A stretch of 64,000 nucleotides of DNA, taken from assembly GCA_964016885.1 (NCBI GenBank), contig OZ024740.1, forward strand, positions 203,980,001 to 204,044,000. Reading direction: 5' to 3'. The position numbers were made by a program, and so were the translations under genes. The notes under the pieces are model-generated. The model was not told the origin of the DNA. It saw only the letters and a program-made list of their open reading frames with translations, and did no database searches. Each line of letters starts with the position of its first letter. Position 1 is the stretch's first letter. This DNA comes from Eledone cirrhosa. Taxonomy: Eukaryota. Positions 1-10,842 of this stretch are shown here, piece after piece.

Positions 1-432
1 TAAAAGTACTAGGTTAAGCAACCCATCCACCGTTGATGTTCAATCTCGTGGCTGGTGCAGAAACGGAGTTAAATATCTATTTAATTTAAACAACAGAAGG
101 ATGCACTGTAAATATACCTTTATGTTTTTAATCTTTCAAAAGACACTATATATATATTTCTATGACCTGTTTACGTAAGACCCTGCCGACATCATCAGGT
201 TGGGATTGCATAATTAGTTAATCAATAAAAGGAATTATAGCAAACACAAACAATTATTCGGAGATGGCCCGTAAATTCGGTGTTATTGTTGCGGCTGACC
301 ATCTCTGGAGGTGGTCTGCCGCATGTCAGGGTCTTATGTAACCAGGCCATTGAAATATATATATACTGTTTTTTACAACATTATAATTTTAAAGGGATAT
401 TTCCAGTCCGGCCTTCTGTTGTTTTAATTAAT

Positions 433-519
<87 letters not shown>

Positions 520-647
520 TATTTTATATATACAGTAGATAGCAGCTGTTTTAGGTTATGTAACTGTTATAGAAACACGTGTCAATAAATTCCTTTCAAC
601 TAAACTGTATCCATTCAAATCTTTCTATATATATATATATATATATA

Positions 648-853
648 TAGGAACGAGCAGGACCCCGACGGCTGAGCTCAAGCCGTTTCGACGGCTAATT
701 CTGGACTAAATTTAGTCCAGAATTATATGTGTATATATAGAGGTATGTATTCGCTAGTGTGTATATATATATATATAATTCTGAACTAAATTTAGTCCAG
801 AATTAGCCGTCGAAACGGCTTGAGCTCAGCCGTCGGGGTCCTACTCGTTCCTA
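648..853. repeat. Short foldback (arms about 648-726 and 775-853), each arm carrying the 3' half of a type I hammerhead
   Basis: Arms are reverse complements. Right arm reads stem II 3' strand, GAAACGGCT-tgagctc-AGCCGTC (stem III plus GUC), then GGGGTCC. The CUGANGA half is absent. Flanked by (TA)n. Confidence 0.7.
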
Positions 854-930
854 TTACCCACTCTACTACCCAAAGCATTGAGTACTTTGGTGCGTTATGG
901 TCCACCTGGTTCCTTACCACATTTTCTTCG

Positions 931-1000
<70 letters not shown>

Positions 1001-1427
1001 TAGGTGTAACAACAGTTGCAGACCCACTCAATGCTGTTACAAGATCCGTTTCGTTTGGGCTGTAGTGCACAAAGTGTAAATAGATTTAAAAGAATCGAAG
1101 TCAGTGTTGCAGCATAATGACCAACTTTATTGGCACATTACAATTGTTTCGATATCGATCAGCTCAAGATGACGAGGCCCGACTCTTTTTCGACATCTCG
1201 TCAGGTATGCGAGTTTATATGTGCAAAACACTTTGGCAGAAAATAGATTGATATAGCTCCAGTCAAGGATCGAAACTCTATCCCGGCGACTGAAAGTTTT
1301 GAACCTAGCCTCATGTCCTGCTGAAAACTTGGACATAGGCGTTAATACTAATTGCTCACTCACTAATGAAGAAATTTGAGAAGCACAACAATCTGACAAC
1401 GTCCAAACATACAGGGTATATTGATTT

Positions 1428-1575
1428 TTAATTTAGGCACAAGGCCAGCAAATTGGAGGAAAGGGTGAAGTTGATAAGTCAACCCTAGTATTTGACAGAT
1501 ACTTTATTTTATCGATCCCAAATGATGAAAAGCAAAGTTGACCTGTGCGGGATTTGAAATCAGAATGTAAACAGC
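1428..1575 (-). mobile_element. SINE fragment (family A)
   Basis: Reverse complement of the ttgcctttcatcc...tcgataaaataaagtacc...tgctggccttgtgcctaaa motif repeated many times in the window. Confidence 0.65.
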
Positions 1576-1586
1576 ACATACAGGGA

Positions 1587-1803
1587 ATATCTATAGTCTA
1601 CGCTGTGTAATAATCTGACTTGTCTACCGAGTTATGGTTACGTTTAGGGTTAGGGTTTGAGTTAGGGTTAGATTTTGTAGTTAAGGTAGACTGCACGCTG
1701 AACTGTAAATGACCAAGTAGATCGCACACTGAACTCTAAATAACCAGGTAGACCATACACTGAACTGTAAATGATCAGGTAGACCGTAAGCTATAGTGGT
1801 ACC
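1587..1803. repeat. Small repeat with a TTAGGG-like tract and three approximately 31-bp tandem units; possibly a non-autonomous Helentron-like element
   Basis: tttagggttagggtttgagttagggttag at about 1643-1671; units ggtagac..cactgaactgtaaatgacca at 1685-1785; short imperfect subterminal inverted repeat ctatagtctacg / cgtaagctatag. Confidence 0.35.
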
Positions 1804-2244
1804 TACCAAAAGGCTGTAGTTGCTCGCACTAATGGTGGAGTTTCTGCACACCTGCTTGACCGACTAGATATCTCTATCTTAACGATCGATAAGATCCCAA
1901 ACCTCATTCGTTTACCGAGTGGAGTGGAACTCGTCAAATCGGATCAAGGTAACAATGTTTCCATTGATATTTCTGTTGCTGATACTATCTACCGGTCGCA
2001 ACTCCTACTAGATAGAGCAGTCAAATCCCCGTCAAACACCATCATATATTCTTTAAATAAGGAAGGAAACAATGGATATTGAAGTCCTAGATTTCTAATA
2101 AAGATGGAATGGCTATGGCTAGAACGCCTTTGACCATAGGCCTTCTGGGTGAGTACTGGCCTATAGCTAAATAACAACAGCAACAGCTATAAATACCTTG
2201 GAAGGACATAAGCTTTTGATCATCGGTCTGTTGGATAAGTGAGA

Positions 2245-2460
2245 AGCTCAGTGGTCAAAGTTGTCGGCTCGTGAGTTCGATTTCTAGTGGCGAGTTGTAT
2301 CCTTAAGCAAGATACTTATTTCTTGTAATTTAAAGAACAAGCCTTGCTACATAACGTGCCACATTGAATCTTCATGAGAACTATGTTAAGGATGCACGAG
2401 CAAGTAGTCCCGTGGTTCAAACAACTGGGACACTCGTCGTCGGAACCGACGGAAGTCACA
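2245..2460 (+). mobile_element. tRNA-derived SINE (family B), decayed
   Basis: A-box-like agctcagtggt and B-box-like gagttcgattt; body resembles copies at 18475, 52662 and 56787. Confidence 0.55.
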
Positions 2461-3603
2461 CACTCACGTGCCCGCGCACACATTCAAAATGTAAACTCAA
2501 AACTAGCAAACGGGTTTAAGTATAAAATGCATATTATTATGGGCAGGATGCAATTGATCGAAATTGGATGCTTCATATGTGTTTCGAAAAAGATGGTAGT
2601 AAGATTGAGTGACAACGGTCAGTATTGATTTAGGATGGATGTGTCTGTGGGAAAAGGAAAGGGGTGGGGTGAGTTTGATGATAGAATAGGAGTTAGTATA
2701 GGTTGCATGTATAGGTTGCATGTATAGGTTGCATGTATCTTTAGAATGCTCAGGCACCTGTCCATTAATTTTATGAGCAGGCTGTTCCGCTGTTCGATCA
2801 ACTCATCGTTGGAACTGACAGAGGTTCAACGCATACACACATGTTGAGTGTTGACCTTGGGCTAAACAACAAAAGATAAGATCGGCTATAATATTCTGAG
2901 ATAATTGACCCCAGTATTGTATTAGTACTTTATATATCGACCTCGAAAAGAGGAAAGACAACGTCGACCACGGTGGGATTTTAACTCATATCGCGCAGAG
3001 TTGGAAGGATTCCCGCAAAGAATTCTCTCCGATGTTCTAATGACTGCCATTTCGCCTCCTTAGATGTCCATACAACCTCTGTAATTTATTTGCTGCATCA
3101 GTTAAATACTGAACAGGTCGTCATTTAGCTCATCGTGTGTGTTTTAAACATACAGTTTAGTTTATTTCATAGATTTAGGCGTTAGTTCTCATGTTTTATG
3201 TTACTACGATACTGAAATCGACCTTCGTCGGACTCGACGGTAAGTTTTCCATTTGTTTGATCCACGGAACAGCCCGCTCCTGAAATCAACGTACAAATGA
3301 CTCTGCATTTCGTAGACACGTGTACTCTTAACGTAATTCTAAGTGGGTGGGACTACAGCGTAGCCCCTTTTATTATAAGGCTGGTCCTTTCAATTACAAG
3401 TATAGACTATCCTATGAAGTTCGAAACAGTTTCCGTCTGGCCAATTTCACTTACCAGAAAATAATCAACTCGAAATATAATAGAAGATACTTTTCCAATG
3501 TGCCATGCAGTGCGACACTGAACCTGAAACCATATGGTTTCCAAACGAACTCCTAAACTACACAGCCATGCCTTATAAAACACATTTCATGTGGCTATCT
3601 TAA

Positions 3604-3806
3604 CTCTTTTGATACCAGTTTGGTTCTATGAAACAAAGATACCCATTTTAAAAGGTTCCTATTTAAATTTAAATTTTCCAATAATTTTTTATATAAGAAC
3701 CATATCATAGTGATCAAATAATTAGCTATTGTAGTAAATCCTTCTCAATTTATCATTAATTAATTGAAATAGAATGTATTTCTTTTGAAATATGGTCTCG
3801 AAAGAG
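3604..3806. mobile_element. piggyBac-like MITE
   Basis: TTAA on both sides (3600-3603, 3807-3810); imperfect TIRs ctcttttgatacca / tggtctcgaaagag. Confidence 0.6.
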
Positions 3807-4720
3807 TTAATTAGTAACAATTCTTAAGATTAAGAATTGTTACTAATTCTTAATCAGCCATATCAAAATAACTAATAAAATTGTACAAATATTAAAAACA
3901 AATTGTTTAACTAAACTACTTCCATATTAAGGAGAAGAATGACAATTTGAAAGAAGAAACAAGCTCTATGGTAACATTTTTGCTTGACTAGACAGATTTA
4001 CGAGGACGAAATATATTCTCTCGGCATAACCATATTCCTTAAGAAACTTTATTTTATGTGTGAATCCATATATCTAAGTATGCAATATGTTCTTCTCTGC
4101 TCAATAATATTTGTGATTAATCTTTGACCATTGCACGTTTACACATAAATATTACATTTCTTTGTAATATTGTCAAATGGATAACACACTTATAGTTTAC
4201 TGATTATATTTCTACATAAAATATACTTTCCGAATGTAATTCTTCTGAAATGGATTCTAGAACCTCAGAGAATCAGAAAATATTCAACTTAAGGAAAACG
4301 GGTGTGGGGAAGAGAATTGAAACCTTGGCGGAATTTGAACCCAGAACGCAGTGTCAGAACAGATACGGTGAATCTACTCATCCGACCCCTATCAATACTG
4401 CCAATCGACCAACCGAGGCTGGTTCATTATTCTATCAACGTTGAATGGATAAACAGAAAATCTGGCTTTGACATAATCTAAAATGAAAGTGAACAGATCC
4501 GAAACAAAAGATTATCTAACAATTCAACGCATGTATTAATTTTACTGGTTTTAATCATTAGATTGTAGACATGCTAAGGCACCGCCTTAGTCGGTCATAA
4601 CAACTGTACTTATTTTATCCATCTCTTTCTTGTCGAATTATGTTATGAGACTTAAACACAGATGCAAACACAAACGTAAACATAGACTTGGACGCACATA
4701 TACGTATACATACACACACC

Positions 4721-4772
<52 letters not shown>

Positions 4773-4780
<8 letters not shown>

Positions 4781-7404
4781 ATACTTTGGGAGGGTCATGT
4801 TGCCAATAAGAAACACACGCACCAGTTGCTTTCACTTCAATTTATTATAATAAATTTATAAATTTAGGAATTTATAAATTTCCGGTTGGTTGGTTGGTTC
4901 CACAACCAGATGGTTGTTTATATATTGTCAAAGTTCTTTCGTCACACATTCTGTGACCTTTTCATTGACTGGGGATTATTTTCTTTGTTTTTTTGTGCCT
5001 CTCCTTTGTTCTGTCCTACGCCATCTTGTTTTTGTGTGTGTGTTGTGTGCTTAGTTTGCGCATGTGTTACATCCGGGTGTCTATGTGTGTTTATATTCGT
5101 TTATTTATTTGTTTATTTACATGTTACTGGTTGGTTGTTTGTTCTATGTGCGTGTGTGTTTTCATTTTGTCCTTAATTGTAAGTTGTGATGTTGCTGTTC
5201 CATTCATGTTTTCTATTTAATTTTGGCTGGAGTTCATTTATGTTTATTGCCTCTGTGATTTGTCTAAACATTGCGTCTTTTCTGTGTGTAGATTCTATTT
5301 TTATTTCTATGTTCTCTAATTTACCCTTATGTTCTATTTTAGCATGATGGTAGAGTACAGATGATTCTTTACTATCTTGAAGGTCTCGCCAGTGTTCATT
5401 TATCTGTTCCCCTATACTACGAGCTATACTACACTATATTTTTATCTCTACATTGTCCTTCAGTACATCTTATACTATATACTACATTTCTAGTTTTACA
5501 GTTAATATGGGGGCTTAATTTACAGATTATACATTTCTTATCTATACAGGGGGCTCTTTGAAAAGGGTATGTCTTGCTAATAAGTGTTTTTATGGAGGTA
5601 CCTGATCTTTCTACTATCTTAATATTGAGTTTATGTTTATCTAGGGCCCTTCTAAATTTGTAAGCTAATTCACCTCTAGGGGTTGTATCGATGAACATTA
5701 CACTCTGGTATTTATTGCTATCATACCATGAGTTTATTTTATTAGCCTTATTCCTAGTTCTTTCTATTCTATTCCAAAATTTGTTCCTATACAAGGGACA
5801 GGTCCCATTTGTGTCATTATTTACCATTTTTTCCCATTTGGTTCTGGCTCCTCTATACACTCTGATTTTATCTCTCTGATTGTAACCAGAGAACTGCATA
5901 CGGTGGATGAAGTGTTGTATGTGTCTCTCTAGTTCTTCGGGGTTGCACATGCGGGACACGTTTCTCATCACCCGTACCAAATCCGCAATCAGTATGTTGA
6001 TTTTGGTATGGTCCGAAACAGCTGAGTTTTGGTGGATCAGATATTTGGAAGTCATGGGTTTGGCATAATGGGAATGGAGGATTTGTTTTTTGTTATTAAT
6101 GGTATCTAACCAGAGCTCTGTGTCTAGTACAGGTAATCGATGATTGGGGTATTTGCTTTGGTAGTCTATAGTAACTCTAATACTCTGGTGGATGGAGTTA
6201 GCTATTTGCTGGATGCTTTCCATTGTGCTCTTCTCTAATTCCTGACTGTTCTCTAGTGGGGTGTTTTAACTACGATGTTTATATCATCAACGTAGCGGGA
6301 GTACATTATCAGGGTTAAGGGGTCTTCTAGTTGTTCTTTAAGTTTAAGTTTAAGTCTACTGTCCCACCATACCATGAATAGGTTAGCTATGTCGCCTGCA
6401 ATGCTAACACCAATGGCTGCTCCCTCCTCTTGGGCATATGTTTTTCCATTAAATTTGAACATATGTTCCTTAAGAGTTAATTTTATGCTGGCCCCCACCG
6501 CATGTGCAATCATTTTCTTTAGTTCATCGTGGTTTTCGGGGGTCCGTATGGTTCTGGTCCACCCATTCCATCTATCTGTGTGGGTTGTATTGGCCATTGA
6601 GGTAATGGTAGGTGGTCTGTTTCTTGCTGGTCTTGTAGGGCACACGTTGCTAAGGTCATATGTGTCTATATAATTATTACTATAGGTAAGTTTAAGTAGG
6701 AGTCCCAGCTCACTGGTATCAATCCCACGGAATTCAACATTGCTCTCACTGATCATTTCTACGCATTTCGCCACAGCAAAATCCACGTCAATAGATGGAT
6801 ACAGGGACACAACATCAATACTACCTATTATGCAGTTTGTTAGGTCCCTAGATCGGTTACTCTCGCCGATTCTGCTGAGGAGGTCCTCCGTGCTGTCACA
6901 TACATCTGGGGACATTTCAATGATGGGGTGTATGATCAGGGAGAGGTAGTAGGACAGTCTGTAGTTACTAGCAATGTTAGCTCCACAGACTGGCCGTGTT
7001 GGTGGTCCTGTGACAGGGTCACTGCTCGTTTTATGGTCTTTTCGAAGCCCATACAACGCTGGCACGTCATTGTTCCAGGTCTGGAAGTTGTTGGCAGTCC
7101 TTTTGTTGGGCTGCATTATATTTGTCCACATCGTAATATGGGCATTGAGGGCTTTTTCTCTATCCTCATGCTCTTGTGGTGTTACTTATCTTGTGTTAGT
7201 GATGTGGGGTTGCATTGCCTGGATGTAGTTTGGCAGGCTGTCAACCGACATTCTGCCAGACTTGTCTGTTGGAAAGCATGCTATCTCTCCATTACGCGAG
7301 CGCTGCATGAGCTTACGCAAGTCATTTGCAGATTTTTCTCCCAGTTGCTGGGCCTCCATTCTATTATGCTTCTTGCTATACTGTTCTATAATATTTCTAA
7401 GTTT
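4773..7404 (-). mobile_element. Neptune-like Penelope retroelement, 5'-truncated and frameshifted (left arm plus spacer of a 4.6-kb palindrome)
   Basis: ORFs 6253-7131 and 5429-6223 contain RT motifs (DVVSLYPSI, GAAIG, YSRYVDD, LPVLD, KPMTS), a Cys-rich linker and the start of a GIY-YIG endonuclease (VVYSIRC); a TDKSG motif lies upstream in the spacer. Confidence 0.9.
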
Positions 7405-7406
7405 AG

Positions 7407-9393
7407 ATTCCGTGGGATTGATACCAGTGAGCTGGGACTCCTACTTAAACTTACCTATAGTAATAATTATCTAGACACATATGATCTTAGCAACGTGTGC
7501 CCTACAAGACCAGCAAGAGGCAGATCACCTACCATTACCTCAATGGCCAAGAAAACCCACACAGATAGATGGAACGGGTGGACCAGAGCCATATGGACCC
7601 CCGAAAACAACGAAGAACTAAAGAAAATGATTGCACATGCGGTGGGGGCCAGCATAAAATTAACCCTTAAGGAACATATGTTCAAATTTAATGGAAAACA
7701 TATGCCCAAGAGGAGGGAGCAGCCATTGGTGTTAGCATTGCAGGCGACATAGCTAACCTATTCATGATATGGTGGGACAGTAGACTTAAACTTAAACTTA
7801 AAGAACAATTAGAAGACCCCTTAACCCTGATAATGTACTCCCGCTACGTTGATGATATAAACATCGTAGTTAAAACACCACACTAGAGAACAGTCAGGAA
7901 TTAGAGAAAAACACAATGGAAAGCATCCAGCAAATAGCTAACTCCATCCACCAGAGTATTAGAGTTACTATAGACTACCCAAGTAAACACCCCAACCATC
8001 GATTACCTGTACTAGACACAGAGATCTGGTTAGATACCATTAATAACAAAAAAACAAATCCTCCATTCCCATTATGCCAAACCCATGACTTCCAAATATC
8101 TGAGCCACCGAAACTCAGCTGTTTCGGACCATACCAAAATCAACATACTGATTGCGGATTTGGTACAGGTGATGAGAAACGTGTCCCGCCTATGCAACCC
8201 CGAAGAACTAGAGAGACACGTACAACACTTCATCCACCGTATGCAGTTCTCTGGTTACAATCAGAGAGATAAAATCAGAGTGTATAGAGGAGCCAGAACC
8301 AAATGGGAAAAAATGGTAAATAATGACACAAATGGGACCTGCCCCTTGTATAGGAGCAAATTTTGGAATAGAATAGAAAGAAATAGGAATAAGGCTAATA
8401 GAATAAACTCATGGTATGATAGCAATAAATACCAGAGTGTAATGTTCATCGATACAACCCCTAGAGGTGAATTAGCTTACAAATTTAGAAGGGCCCTAGA
8501 TAAACATAAACTCAATATTAAGATAGTAGAAAGATCAGGTACCTCCATAAAAACACTTATTAGCAAGACATACCCTTTTCAAAGACCCCCCTGTATAGAT
8601 AAGAAATGTATAATCTGTAAATTAAGCCCCCATATTAACTGTAAAACTAGAAATGTAGTATATAGCATAAGATGTACTGAAGGACAATGTAGAGATAAAA
8701 ATATAGTGTACATAGCTGAGACAGCTCGTAGTATAGGGGAACAGATAAATGAACACTGGCAGACCTTCAAGATAGTAAAGAATCATCTGTACTCTACCAA
8801 CATACTAAAATAGAACATAAGGGTAAATTAGAGAACATAGAAATAAAAATAGAATCCACACACAGAAAAGACACAATGTTTAGACAAATCACCGAGGCAA
8901 TAAACATAAATGAACTCCAACCAATATTAAATAGAAAACATGAATGGAATAGCAACATCACAACTTACAATTAAGGACAAAATGAAAACACACACGCACA
9001 TAGAACAAACAACCAACCAGTAACATGTAAATAAACAAATAAATAAACGAATATAAACACACACAGACACCCGGATGTAACACATGCGCAAACTAAGCAC
9101 ACAACACACACACAAAAACAAGATAGCATAGGACAGAACAAAGAGAGGCACAAAAAAACAAAGAAAATAATCCCCAGTCACTGAAGAGGTCACAGAATGT
9201 GTGACGAAAGAACTTTGACAATATATAAACAACCATCTGGTTGTGGAACCAACCAACCAACCGGAAATTTATAAATTTATTATAATAAATTGAAGTGAAA
9301 GCAACTGGTGCGTGTGTTTCTTATTGGCAACATGACCCTCCCAAATTATAACAATATCGGTTTCAACACACGTTTTCAGATAAAGAATCTTGC
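7407..9393 (+). mobile_element. Inverted, more truncated copy of the same Neptune-like PLE (right arm)
   Basis: Reverse complement of 4773-6733 with scattered substitutions; ORFs 7916-8272 and 8085-8813 give the RT thumb and GIY-YIG (VVY...YIAETARS...EH). Confidence 0.9.
9177..9219 (+). ncRNA. Minimal type I hammerhead ribozyme in the PLE 3' region/pLTR
   Basis: gtca CTGAAGA g gtcac-agaatgt-gtgac GAAA gaac TT tgac. The mirror copy at 4927-4969 (minus) has a mutated core (atgaaaa). Confidence 0.8.
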
Positions 9394-9421
9394 TAAACAA
9401 ATTCAGAAACGAAATATATAT

Positions 9422-9476
<55 letters not shown>

Positions 9477-9960
9477 ATTTGAGGTACGCTCATATATGTG
9501 CATACATACACATGTATATATACACATATATTTTTTCACAAGTATGTGAGATTGTGTGTTGTCGAGCTTAGTCAGTATTGCTCTATGATTACGAGAGACA
9601 AGATAATCGAAATAATTAAATTGACTCGATATCAGGGCTATGTAACATATAAAGTAAGAAGAAATAATAGACACAGATATATACCTATTTTTTTCTTCAA
9701 ACTCCCTCACGGTAGAGTAACCACGGAAGTAAAGTAACTGCTTTTAACCAAACACTATGAATACTTTCAGTCAACCTTACCACCCCTCTGTAGCCTCGGT
9801 ATCATATCAATATCTCCCTTCGCCTTCTGAGATATTTTTCACTGCTACAAGGGATTTAGTCCCCTTTCTTGACGGTGTATCACGTGATAATATCTCCCTC
9901 CGCCTTTTTGAGATTTTCTCGCTTGCTACGGACGTGTCTGGAAGCGCTCTTTCCTTGAGG

Positions 9961-10056
9961 TGTTCCCTTGAAAAGCTGGCTTGCTTCACAACAATGTTGC
10001 ATCTCTATGATGTAGGATTGTTGCATACTGACCAGCGAAACTGTACAGTCGGAACA
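9961..10056 (+). ncRNA. Type I hammerhead with decayed core and long stem II
   Basis: Stem I tgttcc/ggaaca; core cttgaaaa; stem II gctgg/ccagc; GAAAC-tgtaca-GTC with palindromic stem III. Confidence 0.6.
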
Positions 10057-10279
10057 TTGAAGAAAAAAATAGGTATATATCTGTGTCTACTATTTCTGCT
10101 TACTTTATAATTTATATATATATATATTAATTCGCGTTAATGTTCGTTAACTACTGACAGTTCAGTATGCAGGGTAGAGTACTCGACGAAGTGCGCAGGT
10201 GGGTCTGTTTACTCTGAAGTATATTCAAAAACAAGAATTGTAAGTCAATAGGTTAAAATTAACTTCGTTTATCCATAGT

Positions 10280-10340
10280 CACTGTTATATATATTTCGGT
10301 GATAACCATTATGCAATTGCTATAACCTCACCAGACAGCG
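10280..10340 (-). ncRNA. Type I hammerhead with one core substitution
   Basis: Minus strand: cgctgt CTGgTGA ggttatagcaatt-gcat-aatggttatcacc GAAA tatata TA acagtg. Confidence 0.6.
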
Positions 10341-10842
10341 AGAATTTGGTCAGAAAAAAAAGAGAAAAACATAACGATGGAATAAAGCTTACTTATGTTG
10401 TTTCAATTTTTTTTATATGCTCAGTTATATGCGAAGTTTGGTGTTCTTTTCTCAAAGCATTGGCCGCATATGATTTAGAATGAACGAATTCAAGCATCAG
10501 TAGAATTAACCTCCCTCCCATTGGTCAGATTTAGTTTCACCATTCCAATAACAAGTCTATTGACTTTCTTAGGTCAATTGTCCTGGAATCAGTCGATTAG
10601 GGTTGTTTTTAGCAACCAACAATAATAACTGTATATATGATGAATATAGGAGTGTTTTAGCCTCTGTGGCCCCTGTAGTTGTATTAGTGGCATTAATGTT
10701 AATATGCTACTACCACAACATACTACTACCCCTGGTTGTAAGTGAATGTATTGGAGTTGTGAGTGAAGCTTTCAAATATATAAACAAATATGAGTTCATT
10801 TAGAAATGTCTATGCTCATCAATATTAAGAGTCATGATAATG

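Noticed and set aside
1643-1671. Telomere or chromosome-fusion site
   Set aside because: Only a few degenerate TTAGGG units inside a small repeat element.
1685-1785. CRISPR-like array
   Set aside because: Contiguous tandem units without unique spacers, eukaryotic context and no cas genes.
3931-3969. Possible micro-exon (also 51910-51962)
   Set aside because: Weak splice signals and no recognisable protein; would need RNA-seq.
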